Source of the DNA: Chrysomallon squamiferum
Taxonomy: Eukaryota; Animalia; Mollusca
Length of the DNA: 64,000 nt
Direction of reading: 5' to 3'
NCBI GenBank assembly: GCA_012295275.1
Contig: CM022679.1
Coordinates: 12,338,001 to 12,402,000 of the forward strand
Below the pieces are notes generated by a model that was not told the DNA's origin, did no database searches, and saw only the letters and a program-made list of their open reading frames with translations. The position numbers and the translations under genes were made by a program. Of the stretch, positions 35,845 through 50,782 are shown in pieces. Numbering within the stretch: position 1 is the stretch's first letter; each line of letters begins with the position of its first letter.

Positions 35845-36410
35845 TGGCTTTTGTTGAAAATATAATGTGAAAAATGTTTTAATTATATTTAAACGTATAT
35901 AAATAAAAGTGTTGAGTCATATTATCTTATTAATAGCTTTATAATTATATTAGAGCATTCATTTTAATTTTTTTCTTATTATTTCTTTCTTATTAGAATT
36001 TCCATTTTTGATTTATCGGGAGCAGCAGAATAATGACAATCGCATGAACAAAATAACAGGAACAAATCCGAAACACAACAATAACAATAATTCCGAAGTC
36101 TACTTAAATACGAGATATGTTTACTCCTTCAAAATTTGTTCTTATTGGACACTCTTCAGTTATTTCCCTTGCATTGCAACGTTTTCTTATTTATTTATTT
36201 ATTATTTGTTTGGTTGTTTGTTTGTTGGTTTAGTAGTTGACAAATACGTTTGAATATGCTACTTAAAATTATTCAAGATTTTTACGTAACAGAGATATAA
36301 TTATCATTATGAATCTATATTTTCCAAAACATAGCTAGCTGTATATTATGCTGCTATAAGAAATGAATCCAAGATATCTGAAATAGGGACGCAGTTATTA
36401 TTGAGGATAA

Positions 36411-36529
<119 letters not shown>

Positions 36530-36951
36530 GATAGATAGGTAGTAGGTAAATAGACAGATATAGAAATAGATGCATAAATGAGAAATAAGAAAAAGTATAG
36601 AAAAAACCCACAAAAGAACGAGAAGAGAAATGAAGAAGAAGAATATCGTGCAACAGATCGGGGAAATCTTCTGGATGCAGGTCAGTCTAAGTCCATTCCT
36701 GTCTTCAAATGTTGGTGCTGGTCATTTGTCTTCACCTGCACAACGACGGCAGATTGATTTTATCTCACATTTATCAAGCCTTCCATTCAAGATTCCATTA
36801 AGTAAGTTTTGTGCCCTACGTTAGAGCTAAGCCATGATTGTTCTATGGCGTTATACATATTTTATTTAACACATTTTTAATTTACGTTCTGTGGATTATT
36901 AAGTATCATGTAAACAAAGAGAGAAACAAGTACAATAAAAAAAATTCTCAC

Positions 36952-37023
36952 CATTTCTAGGGCAGCACCGCAGTACATTAGAAACCAACACGTCAACCAG
37001 CGTACACACGACTTCGCGACCAT
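36952..37023 (-). pseudogene. Duplicated uif-like exon 1 (intact 24-codon signal-peptide exon, orphaned)
   Basis: MVAKSCVRWLTCWFLMYCGAALEM|GTGAG; near-identical to 22458-22528. Confidence 0.6.
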
Positions 37024-37462
37024 ACCTGACTTTTAAACAATATCTCTGCGTAAAATATCCATTAACATGACACCGGTAAGAATGATTTAAACAGCATGAA
37101 TTAAACAGCTCGGTCCCCTCCACTACTGTTGTTTCTGTTTTACAAAACAAAGTCGAATTAACTGCGTACCGTTATACCTGAACACATGCAGCTTATCAAT
37201 GCGTCTCTCGACAGAAGTTTCTTTCATAAGAAAAAGAAAGATATGTAAATAAAATAACACTATTTTCTAAAACCGTCTAAGATCACGCAGGAATTTTGTG
37301 TGCGAACTACTTCGGAAATAATAGGCTAAATTGTTATGGAAAATACATATTTCTGAAAAGTTGGAACGTGCTAGGTTAATGGACAATGTTTGTACGAGAA
37401 TAAACAAACAATAGAAAAAGAAAGCCAAAAAAACAACAAAAAAACAAAAACAAACAAAAATA

Positions 37463-37493
<31 letters not shown>

Positions 37494-37720
37494 TATAACG
37501 TGTGTGTATGTGTAATTAAAAATTAAATGGAAAAAAAAAAAACACGATTTAATAAATAAATAAAAAAATAAATAATTAAAGAACTAATAATAACAACAAA
37601 CAAATTAAGAAAATTCTGAAGAAGTCATAGTTTCTGTAGTAGCAGTTTTAGTGTATATGACAATATATACCATGGCCTTTGTTATACCAGTCGTGGAATA
37701 GCAACTTGAACTACTACTAT

Positions 37721-37770
<50 letters not shown>

Positions 37771-38228
37771 ACTACTACTACTACTACTGCTGCTGCTGTT
37801 GCTACTACTATTATTACCATTATTCCAGCTGGTTTTAATATTATTCCTATTATTACAGGTGTGTGTGTGTGTGTGTATATGTGTGTGTATATATATATAT
37901 ATATATATACCTGTGTGCCTATCTATGTACGAATATGTTTTTCTTGGTCTATATGTCTGCCTACCTATATTCCTGTATGGTATTAACGTAAGTTTAAAAG
38001 CTGATAACATTAAAGATCCCGTCTTTATTAATATTTCCTCAGCATAAGCTAAACTATAATGACTAGTGACGTCATAAACGTTTTACATCATTTGTTATTC
38101 CTGTTACAGGTTTCCAAATCCTTGTTTCCAATGTTCATTTTTTACCGAATTGAGAAAGGTAAGCCAGTTAAATCAATTAGCTGTGTACTAAAGAAGACCC
38201 ATTTGTCTGCATGATATCTTTGAATTTT

Positions 38229-38351
<123 letters not shown>

Positions 38352-38463
38352 GCACACCCACACACACACACAGACGCAGAGACAGACAGAGAGACAACCA
38401 TCGCTTACAATAATTCATAAAATTTACTAATAAAAAAAAAAAAAAAAAAATATAAATAAATAA

Positions 38464-38520
<57 letters not shown>

Positions 38521-38681
38521 TAATTCCTATTCTTCAACTTGAAAATAAATACAGGCCAATTGTTGTTTATTTAATTTTAAGAATTTCCCAGATATAATAT
38601 CAGCCGAAATTTAGCCAATTTCATAACTGATATTCAGAAAAGTGTTTGTTTTCATTTTATCTAGAACAACAATTGATCGCC

Positions 38682-40508
38682 ATGGAGAAGTCCAGAGATC
38701 CACATACTTCCAGTAAGAATTATTTATTTATTTATTGATTTATTTAGTTTGTTAGTTAGTTATTTAGTTATTTTTGAGAGATACATACATTCATAGAAAC
38801 TGTTGAGATGATTAGTTTGTGTTTACCAACCACTAATACAGTTATCTACATATTCATATTAGTTTACATTATCATTACATAGAAACATTCTGTTTACCTC
38901 GTTTTTAAACAATTTCATGCAATTTCTCAAGGTAGCGATGAACCGAGAGATGTAAGAATAATCATAATTGGTAAGACAGGATCTGGTAAGAGCTCTATGG
39001 GTAACAGTATTCTGGGATGTAAGAAATTCGACAGCAGTCTGTTTGGCAGCAGCAAAACTGCTCAGTGTTCGTACGGATCACTTCTGATTGATCGCACAGT
39101 CGTGAGAGTCGTAGACACTCCTGGATTCTTCTGCACTAACAAAAGTAAAGAAGAACTCACGAACGAAGTTACGAGAGGGATGCGACTTGTAGCGCCAGGA
39201 CCCAATGCTTTTCTCTTCACTTTTCCCATCGGCAGTCGATGGACGGAAGAAGAAGAAGCCACACTCGAAAGAGCCTACGAACTGTTCGGAAAAGAAATGA
39301 AGAAGTTCTGCATTCTGGTGTTCACAAAAAGCGACGAACTACGACTGAGTGGTTTGACCGAACGTCAGTATTTGTCAGAACAGAAGCAGATGAAAAATGT
39401 AATTAAAGAATTTGGTGAAAGGGTATTATTTTTCGACAATCGCACCACCGTTGATCGTTTGAAGATTGCTCAGGTACATAAATTATTGGTCATGGTTATG
39501 GATGTTTATCGCCAAAACGGCTTCTACACTTCTGAAACGTTTGCTACAGCGGAAGAGGAAATGCTGCGTTTAGATGAAGTATACCTGCAAAAATACGAAA
39601 AGCAGATAAGTAATGAAAAGGCAAAAGCTAAAACAAACGAGGAACGTGATTTACTTGACAAGACTTGGAGGCAAAGAGCTCGTGAAAATTCCTGTCAGAA
39701 CATTATAAGAGGTTTTGGCTTTTCGACGCCTGTAAAATTAGCCATTGCCGCTGGAGCAGTGGGGATTTTTGCTGCAGCTATTCTGCTGGGACCTAGACCC
39801 GCTGGATTAGCTTTTTTTGGAGTTAACATCGTGAGAAAGGTTTCAGAAACAGGGGCAAAAGGTGTTATGAATGTAGGTGTTGCATCAGCTAAATTTGCAG
39901 GTAATGCTCTTGCTGTAACGGGAAAATCTGTGGTAATGGCGGGTGCAGCGACAGGGAAAGCTATTGTAAGGGTTGGTGCTGCAACTGGGCAAGCTATTGC
40001 TAGGGCGGACCCCGACACCGTAGACGTCATTGTAAGAAGAGGTGTTCGTGTAGTGAAGACGTTTCTGACTTCGGATGCCGATCGTGAATCAGAGGATCGC
40101 AGGATAATATCTGACGACGAAGGATCAAGGGCAAAGCTTGCTATAACGGAGACCGGTTATTCAGAGAGGTCTGGGTCAGTATCTGATACACAAGGCAGTG
40201 AACGTCGAGACAATGTGCAGACAACATCTAATGGAAGAAACACACAAAACAAAAACAAAGAAATCACGACGGAAATTGCAACGACGTCTGGTTATGCCAC
40301 AAATACTGAACATCGAGGCTTGCAGACAGAATCTGAAGTAAACAGCGAACAAGACGACGATAATGAACCTACTCTGGGACTGGCAGATGTACACGTTCCT
40401 GTAAAGGCTTCTGATTCTTCTTTGGATATAGAAATTTCGCAGTGGCCAGAAGAGTCTAAAAAAACGTCATCAAATGAAAGTAAAAGACAGATCGAAAACA
40501 AAGACTAG
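38682..40508 (+). CDS. GIMAP: GIMAP/AIG1-family GTPase copy 2 (exons 38682-38712 and 38932-40508; 535 aa)
   Basis: Same exon structure and G-motifs as copy 1; earlier TAG. Confidence 0.92.
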
Positions 40509-41208
40509 TCGCTGATGCTGCATCCGTAACGGCCGACCCAGCAACGTTAATTATACATCGTTGTCTACCCCAACTTTCAAAAAGTATCAGACAATTACAA
40601 GGAAAAATAATAGCAAATATAATATATATATATATATATAAATATAACGTTTCACAGAACGAAAAAAGTAAAAAGTATTAATTTTGTTTTCCTAATATTA
40701 AGTTATTTCTTCACTTTTATATAATTCTGGACTTGAAATATTGTTCCCGTTCTATCTTTAAGTATTTGTACTATTTATAATTTTTTCTATACCATTTGAA
40801 ATGGTTTGATGTAAATATGTTTACTTAGCTTGCAGTAATTTAAGGGGTTTTCTATTTTTTAATTTTATTTTATTAGTATTTTTTTTTTTATTAGAATAAT
40901 GTTATTTAGAAGTAAAATAGAAATAAACAGATTCATAATCTGTGTTCAGCTGTATTTGTTAGATAAAATCTATATGCTGAAATTACTGATAATATATTTA
41001 AAAAAAAGATTTAGATTTTGATAAAGATTGTACAAAAGTAGTGATAAAACTAGGATAAGACACAATAGAAAAGAAGAAGAAAAATAAATATACAACTGAA
41101 AATTAATATTAAAATTATATCACCAGTATTAACTTATTAACACATCTATTGCATTCATATTATTTGTTTGTTTATATGTTGGTTTGTTGGATGGCTGGTT
41201 GCTTTATT

Positions 41209-41255
<47 letters not shown>

Positions 41256-41763
41256 TTATTATTATTTTTATTATTATTATTATTATTATTTTGACCATTT
41301 TTCCAGATTAAAATAAAATTTATAATAATTAAGAGTACGCAGTACACACAAATGAATCTTTAAGTTCTTGAAGATGAATCTTTGAAAAAATATTGGTTTA
41401 AAGGAACATTGCACGATAACCTATTTTCTGATCAAAGTAAGCAGGAACTGTGACCGCTTATAATAGATAGCCTGGTCGAAGGGGAGATAATCAATACACA
41501 TGTGAAATGTAGCATATTATAAAACATGGTTATCTTTAAGTAAACAAAGAGTTAAAATAAATCCAGAAATACATTTGACGAAAAATATCTTTAATTTATA
41601 GCAGAATTGTTTGCAGTATATAATTTCTTAAGCAGGTCTGTGTAAAAAAAAATTAAAAAAAAGAGAAACAGCCAAAAGCGAATTGTATGTATCGTGTGAA
41701 TTACGAAGATAGAAGACAACATGATTATAGAAAAATATACCTCAAAAGAGAATATATACAAAT

Positions 41764-41847
<84 letters not shown>

Positions 41848-42529
41848 TTCATCGCATATCAACAACATTTTATTATTAAAGTTAATATTGATACATGTCA
41901 TTACTAGCTAGCATAAATATCTCATTTATAATAACCAAATTTACTAAAACATCGATCAAACTGAAACGTACCAGCTTCAAAATATTCCCATTAAATAATT
42001 ATATGTACAAGTGTATGTGTGCGATCTTTTGAAATGGTTAATATATAAATATAATATTATATTTCCATTAGTTCTATGATCTGATTAACATACATATAAA
42101 AATCAGTGCTGAGGGATAAATTATGGTTGAAATCTGATTAATCCATCTAAGTAATTAAGGTATTATGTTACACTTTAAAATCTAATTAATATATATATAA
42201 TATAAGGATACAAACGTATATTATTACATATAGTGTCAGTGATTGTGTGCGAGCGTGTGTATGTATGTGTGTTTGTGTATGTGTTTGTGTGTGTTTGTGT
42301 TTCTAGATATAGAGTTAAGCTTCCATTTAACAGACTAAAACATATGTGGTGTGTGTGTGTGTATATTATGTATGTATGTATGTATATATACACACACATT
42401 TATACGAAGTAAAATTATTTAGTCTTTTGTCACATATGTAAAAAGATCAGTCGTAAATAAACAGCAGAACGTTTCTGTTCACAGTGTTTAAGTCTCGGTT
42501 CAGCAGTTCCAGTATCTGACGTGTATTAC

Positions 42530-44563
42530 TTAAGGAATGTGAAATAGCTTGATACTAGCATTTCCGAAGGAGAGCATATTTGAAACAGCCATCGTATTTC
42601 CTTTTACTGATATACAACACGGCGATTTAATACCAGCCTCGGAATTTAAAATTTCATCCACCTTTTCCTGACGTATATCGACTCTGAGGATGTTGTTCAT
42701 CTTAGAGTCAGCTACGTAAACGAGGCCGCTGACATGACATGCGATGGTGCACGAATCCGACATTCTGTCCAGGCTGATGGACTTGTTGTATTTTGTATCA
42801 CAGTTGAATACAACAAGTTTCTTCGCGATGTTGTCGAATACTATAATTTCCCCATCAGGACCTACAGTAATAGAAGCAGCATTCTGGAATGTACCATCTG
42901 TATTTTTGGCGTTTCCACTGATATTGAAAGGTCTTCGCCACTGAGCATCAAATCCAGTTACTGTGTTCTTCTCTGCATCTGAAATGATGATTTCTTCTTT
43001 CGAATTGAATACTATGGCCTGAATGCAAGACTTGGATCTGCTGTAGCTGTGTCTGTGAGTCAAACAAGTGGCTTCTCTCTCGGGCTGCAGATCGTGAAGG
43101 GACAGAATATTCAGATTATCATCTTCTTTCAGTGCTACTCCGCATTTATCTTTAGCGGAAACGGCAAAAGCTGAAATATTTCTTCGTCTATGGTAAATAA
43201 CCTGCTGGTTGTCTGTTGATCGGCTGAGAACTACTTGTCCCAAACCATGAGCATTGAAGGCGCATATGATGAATTCGTCTTTCGTTGTTCCAACTCCAAC
43301 CATGGTTAAAGTAGCTCCATCTATTGCACTTGTTACGAGATGCTCCGCTACCTCTTGCGGTGTTGATCTGTAAACCTCTTTGATTATTGTAACTGACATT
43401 TCGCTGTTGTTTGAGGATGCTTCTTCACTGTCAGATAAATCGTCTGCGTAGAGAATCGGTCCACGGTCATCGTTGTTGTAATCAGGAATGGTTAGGCGAG
43501 GATTGATGGACCCGACTGGCAACCAGTCTGACGCTTTGTGGAAACAGTAGTCGTCCAGTTGAATGGATTCGTGAAATACGCAATTATTTGCTGATAACTT
43601 CTTACGTTCTCGCAGTCGTTTCACCAGACTGTCGCCAGACGCCTGGAAAAGACTGCCATTTCTAAGAGACGACAGAGTGTCTCTAGCCTCATTAAGAGAA
43701 ACAGCCACTGTGTCAAACTTGAAATTGGTTGAAGCTTTAGTTTCTTTCAAGTGTGTCATATTTTGATTATGTCGATAATTTAACTGATTTAAAGTTTCTT
43801 CTTCAGATTTGGATATCCATTTACGATAGGCCTCTGCTTGTTCTTTAATCTTACTCTTTTCTGCATGATATTTGTTCTTTTCTTTATCCAAAAGCGAGTC
43901 AATTTCAGATAAAAAGCCCCGGATACGTCCATGATTTTCTTCAAGTTTTTTAATGCGGTCATTTGTTTCCTCAATGAAGGCGTCACTGGCTTCTTCGGCA
44001 GGTACAACTTTATGAGATGTTTTGTTAGCGTGGTGTTTGGTTGCACACAGAGGACACGTGGGTTCTAAACACTTTGTACAAAAATGTGAAAGGCGTTGGT
44101 TCTGATGAACAGGACATTTTATGGTGTTTGGCTTCCTCACAACTGAAGAGATGACGTGACTGGGAAATAAAACGCCGTGTACCTTCGCACATTCTTGGCA
44201 CAAGTCCGCAGAACACTGACCGCACCGTCTTGCCTCAGTGATTGTTTTCTCGCAAACATCACAGCAACATTTTTTCAGCATAAGTTCCACTTCGTGAAAA
44301 GCTGTTTTAGCCTGATTGGCCATAAAGACAGGAGGGTATTCTTGCACTCCTGATTTTGGAACGTCGCAGACTTTAGAACAAACAGGACATGTCAGTGTCG
44401 TAGACCTTGATGCGAATGCGACCTGGAATTTGTGTTGTAGAGGTTCAATGCATTGCAGGCAAAATGTGTGTCCACAAGGAATCAGTTTTGGTTCTTTGAA
44501 TTCCTGTTTACAGACTGGACAGTGTCGTAAATCATCAAAATGCTTTAGGATATTTCTAGACAT
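42530..44563 (-). CDS. TRIM E3 ligase copy 2, 677 aa
   Basis: Intact ORF, about 94% identical to copy 1 by eye. Confidence 0.93.
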   Translation of the reverse strand: MSRNILKHFDDLRHCPVCKQEFKEPKLIPCGHTFCLQCIEPLQHKFQVAFASRSTTLTCPVCSKVCDVPKSGVQEYPPVFMANQAKTAFHEVELMLKKCCCDVCEKTITEARRCGQCSADLCQECAKVHGVLFPSHVISSVVRKPNTIKCPVHQNQRLSHFCTKCLEPTCPLCATKHHANKTSHKVVPAEEASDAFIEETNDRIKKLEENHGRIRGFLSEIDSLLDKEKNKYHAEKSKIKEQAEAYRKWISKSEEETLNQLNYRHNQNMTHLKETKASTNFKFDTVAVSLNEARDTLSSLRNGSLFQASGDSLVKRLRERKKLSANNCVFHESIQLDDYCFHKASDWLPVGSINPRLTIPDYNNDDRGPILYADDLSDSEEASSNNSEMSVTIIKEVYRSTPQEVAEHLVTSAIDGATLTMVGVGTTKDEFIICAFNAHGLGQVVLSRSTDNQQVIYHRRRNISAFAVSAKDKCGVALKEDDNLNILSLHDLQPEREATCLTHRHSYSRSKSCIQAIVFNSKEEIIISDAEKNTVTGFDAQWRRPFNISGNAKNTDGTFQNAASITVGPDGEIIVFDNIAKKLVVFNCDTKYNKSISLDRMSDSCTIACHVSGLVYVADSKMNNILRVDIRQEKVDEILNSEAGIKSPCCISVKGNTMAVSNMLSFGNASIKLFHIP

Positions 44564-45005
44564 CTTCTATTTCTTCCACTATTTCGTTAATCAGTTTCTA
44601 AACTATTCTGAATATGTTTCCAGTGTCACAACTCTGAAAAATATAATGAATGTATATATATATAAAAAACATTTCTGTGTAAAGGTGCATGGTCTCGAAC
44701 GAAATAAATACATACATGAATACATGCATACATGAATACATGCATACATGAATACAGGCAAAAACAAGCTCAATTTACTGTCGGTGATGGTTAAATGGAA
44801 GGTTAATATATAAATGAATGCACGAATACATCAAAACATCCATCCATCCATCGACACATATTAAAAGCTTTTGTTAGAGATATTCTTATTTACAATGATG
44901 CAGTCATTATACTGGATGACCTAGATATGAGACAATCTTCGTTTTGCATACACACATACATACATATATCTATCTCTGTGTGTGTGTGTGTGTATATATA
45001 TATGG

Positions 45006-45128
<123 letters not shown>

Positions 45129-45781
45129 GTGTGTGTGTTGTTGGTAAGAGTGTACGCTAAAGATCTTTGACAGCTAAATCAGTCAAAGTTTAATAGTTTT
45201 AAATAAGTCTGACGTATTATTATTACTATCTAAAGTACCACCTTCAAAATTTAACAGAGCATGTATATGTGTGATCGTGTGAAATGACTGTTCACGTAGA
45301 AACATACACACTCTCACACACATACACACATACATAGATACATATACATACATATATGAGACAATCTTCGTTTTGCATCGCTATTAATTCTGATCGTCGT
45401 GCGGTGAAACAGGATCGACCGAATACATAGAAAATAATGAAAATAATTGTGTTTCTTTATTTTCTTTATAAAACAAAATAAAACCGACAAAATTGCAACA
45501 CAAATCGACAAACAGAAATAAGCTTTTGGGGAATATCTGCGCATTCGGTGGGGATGCAATATGTCGTGACTCTGTAATAAACGATTTTTAAAAATAGCCC
45601 TGTTATATCTTACAAAGAAGTGTATCATGTTACGATGAAAGATAAGGTTATGAAAAGAAGATCCGGTTGTAGATAGATATATAATGCAAAAACATGCACA
45701 TACAATACAGCTTGCATTACACAGACATACACACACACACACAAACAAACACATAAACACATAAATACATATATCTATCTC

Positions 45782-45928
<147 letters not shown>

Positions 45929-47209
45929 TATGTGTGTGTGTTGTTGGTAAGAGTGTGCGCTAAAGATCTTTGACAGCTAAATGAGTCAAAGTTTAATAGT
46001 TTTAAATAAGTCTGACGTATTATTATTACTATCTAAAGTACCACCTTCAAAATTTAACAGAGCATGTATATGTGTGATCGTGTGAAATGACTGTTCACGT
46101 AGAAACATACACACTCTCACACACATACACACATACATAGATACATATACATACATATATGAGACAATCTTCGTTTTGCATCGCTATTAATTCTGATCGT
46201 CGTGCGGTGAAACAGGATCGACCGAATACATAGAAAATAATGAAAATAATTGTGTTTCTTTATTTTCTTTATAAAACAAAATAAAACCGACAAAATTGCA
46301 ACACAAATCGACAAACAGAAATAAGCTTTTGGGGAATATCTGCGCATTCGGTGGGGATGCAATTGTCGTGACTTTGTAATAAACGATTTTTAAAAATAGC
46401 CCTGTTATATCTTACAAAGAAGTGTATCATGTTACGATGAAAGATAAGGTTATGAAAAGAAGATTCGGTTGTAGATAGATATATAATGCAAAAACATGCA
46501 CATACAATACAGCTTGCATTACAGACACACACATACACACACACAAACACACACATAAACACATAAATACATACATACATACATACATATATCTATCTCT
46601 CTCTCTATGTGTATATATATACAGAGAGAGAAAGAGAGAGATAGTATGTGTGTGTGTGCTTGGTAAGAGTGTGTGTTAAAGATCTTTATCAGCTAAATCA
46701 GTCAAAGTTTAATAGTTTTAAATAAGTCTGACGCACTCTCACACATATACACACATACATACATACATATACATACATATATGAGACAATCTTCGTTTTG
46801 CATCGCTATTAATTCTGATCGTCCTGCGGTGAAACAGGATCGACAGAATCCATAGAAAATAATGAAAATAATTGTGTTTCTTTGTTTTCTTTATAAAACA
46901 AAATAAAACCGACAAAATTGCAACACAAATCGACAAACAGAAATTAGCTTTCGGGGAATATCCGAATGTTCTGCGCATTCGTTGGGGATGCAATATGTCA
47001 TGACTCTGTAATAAACGACTTATCTGTGTGAAGTGTATCATGTGACGATAAAAGATAAGATTATGAAAAGAAGACCCGGTTGTAGATAGATATATAATGC
47101 AAAAACATACACATACAATACAGCTCGCATGACACACACACACACATACACACACATGCACACACATGCATACATACATACATATATCTATCTCTCTCTG
47201 TGTGAATAT

Positions 47210-47262
<53 letters not shown>

Positions 47263-49233
47263 GTGTGTGTGCTCGGTGTGTGTGTGTTAAAGATGTTTCA
47301 CAGCTAAATCAGTCAAAGTTTAACAGTTTTATTATTTATTATTATTACTATCTAAAGTACCACCTTCAGAATTTAACAGAGAATGTATATGTGTGATCCT
47401 GTGAAATGACTGCATATGTAGAAACACACACACATATACATACATTATATATATACATACATACATATACACATAGATAGATAAATGCATGCATGCATAC
47501 ATCAATACATCATCCTTCCAGCCTTTTGTTAGCGATAATGTTACAAAAATCTAGGATTATAATGGATGACCTATATAGAAGACACATATGCATGAATCCA
47601 TGCATATATACACACATAGATCAGTATTTACATAGAAATATGCGAACAAACACGCCTACAAACATGTACGTACCTACATATTTGCATACAAACCTATCCA
47701 CTCGACCTTTCATGTAATGAATCCCTATTAAAAATATTGTCGAATCTAGGGAAATTCCACCCGTAAGTTAGCGAAACGCGCCATGTGTGGATTTATCTTT
47801 AGATACAAAACATTGTTCTTATTGTTTGTGCTTTGTCAGGTCCACTGTATGATCAGTGCAAAACAAACATACATACATTCATATACATACATACATACAT
47901 ACATACATACATACATGCATCCCAACATCCACCCATACATACAACGGTAACATCAGCCGCCTTCGCAGTGCGGGTGAATGGGTGGCGGGTTTGTGACGTT
48001 GTGTTTGGACTTGAATATTATCTATGTGCAGAGTCTAGTCAGACGTACATAAGACAGAGAATAAGAAAAAATACTAAACCACATGCATGCATATATATAT
48101 ATATATATATACCCACATAGATACATAAATGCATGCATGTATGCCTACATCAATCCATTCATTCATCCGCCCTCACATATTAAAAGTTTTTGTTAAAGAT
48201 AATATTACTTACAAATTACTGCCATTATACTGGATGACCTACGTAGGAGAAAATCTTCGTTTTGTATCGGTGTTAATTCTGATCGTTCTATGGTGAAGCG
48301 GGACTGACAGAATCCACAGAAAATAATGAAAATGATTATATTGTTACTTTGTTTTCTTTATAAAAGATATCTAATCCACAAAACTCCAACGAAAATCAAC
48401 AAACAGAAATTGTTGCTTGGAATATCCGAATGTTCTGCGCATGCGTTGGCTATACATTATGTTATGTCGATGTAATCGATGATTTATAACAATAGCCCTA
48501 TAAAATCTTACTTAGCAGGTTTATATGTCACGATAAAAGATAAAAGATCAGTAAAGTTTTGATAGTTAAATAAGTCTGACGTATTATTATTACTATCTAG
48601 TATAAATGTCTGGTTTATAATTAGATACCAATAAATGGAAAAGTACCACCTTCAGAAGTTGACAGAGCAAGTATATGTGTGATCCTGTGAAATGACTGTA
48701 TTCGTAGAAACACACACATACTCACATACTTACTGAGTCATATTATCTTATTAATAGCTTTATAATTATATTAGAGCATTCATTTTAATTTTTTCTTATT
48801 ATTTCTTTCTTATTAGAATTTCCATTTTTGATTTATCGGGAGCAGCAGAATAATGACAATCGCATGAACAAAATAACAGGAACAAATCCGAAACACAACA
48901 ATAACAATAATTCCGAAGTCTACTTAAATACGAGATATGTTTACTCCTTCAAAATTTGTTCTTATTGGACACTCTTCAGTTATTTCCCTTGCATTGCAAC
49001 GTTTTCTTATTTATTTATTTATTATTTGTTTGGTTGTTTGTTTGTTGGTTTAGTAGTTGACAAATACGTTTGAATATGCTACTTAAAATTATTCAAGATT
49101 TTTACGTAACAGAGATATAATTATCATTATGAATCTATATTTTCCAAAACATAGCTAGCTGTATATTATGCTGCTATAAGAAATGAATCCAAGATATCTG
49201 AAATAGGGACGCAGTTATTATTGAGGATAAAGA

Positions 49234-49365
<132 letters not shown>

Positions 49366-49794
49366 CATATAGATAGATAGGTAGTAGGTAAATAGACAGA
49401 TATAGAAATAGATGCATAAATGAGAAATAAGAAAAAGTATAGAAAAAACCCACAAAAGAACGAGAAGAGAAATGAAGAAGAAGAATATCGTGCAACAGAT
49501 CGGGGAAATCTTCTGGATGCAGGTCAGTCTAAGTCCATTCCTGTCTTCAAATGTTGGTGCTGGTCATTTGTCTTCACCTGCACAACGACGGCAGATTGAT
49601 TTTATCTCACATTTATCAAGCCTTCCATTCAAGATTCCATTAAGTAAGGTTTGTGCCCTACGTTAGAGCTAAGCCATGATTGTTCTATGGCGTTATACAT
49701 ATTTTATTTAACACATTTTTAATTTACGTTCTGTGGATTATTAAGTATCATGTAAACAAAGAGAGAAACAAGTACAATAAAAAAAAGGTCTCAC

Positions 49795-49866
49795 CATTTC
49801 TAGGGCAGCACCGCAGTACATTAGAAACCAACATGTCAACCAGCGTACACACGACTTCGCGACCAT
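49795..49866 (-). pseudogene. Duplicated uif-like exon 1, second extra copy
   Basis: 72 nt, intact frame, GTGAG donor. Confidence 0.6.
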
Positions 49867-50306
49867 ACCTGACTTTTAAACAATATCTCTGCGTAAAATA
49901 TCCATTAACATGACACCGGTAAGAATGATTTAAACAGCTTGAATTAAACAGCTCGGTCCCCTCCACTACTGTTGTTTCTGTTTTACAAAACAAAGTCGAA
50001 TTAACTGCGTACCGTTATACCTGAACACATGCAGCTTATCAATGCGTCTCTCGACAGAAGTTTCTTTCATAAGAAAACGAAAGATATGTAAATAAAATAA
50101 CACTATTTTCTAAAACCGTCTAAGATCACGCAGGAATTTTGTGTGCGAACTACTTCGGAAATAATAGGCTAAATTGTTATGGAAAATACATATTTCTGAA
50201 AAGTTGGAACGTGCTAGGTTAATGGACAATGTTTGTACGAGAATAAACAAACAATAGAAAAAGAAAGCCAAAAAAACAACAAAAAAACAACAAACAACAA
50301 ATAACA

Positions 50307-50370
<64 letters not shown>

Positions 50371-50598
50371 TATAACGTGTGTGTATGTGTAATTAAAAAT
50401 TAAATGGAAAAAAAAATAAACACGATTTAATAAAAAAAAAAAAAAAAAAAAAATTAAAGAACTAATAATAACAACAAACAAATTAAGAAAATTCTGAAGA
50501 AGTCATAGTTTCTGTAGTAGCAGTTTTAGTGTATATGACAATATATACCATGGCCTTTGTTATACCAGTCGTGGAATAGGAACTTGAACTACTACTAT

Positions 50599-50668
<70 letters not shown>

Positions 50669-50739
50669 GCTGCTGCTGCTGTTGCTACTACTATTATTAC
50701 CATTATTCCAGCTGGTTTTAATATTATTCCTATTATTAC

Positions 50740-50782
<43 letters not shown>

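Noticed and set aside
36630-36824. 64-aa ORF / higher-complexity island at the end of units 1 and 2 (also 49472-49666)
   Set aside because: No recognisable domain in any frame. It may be a transposon or exon fragment, but I cannot support a call without a search.
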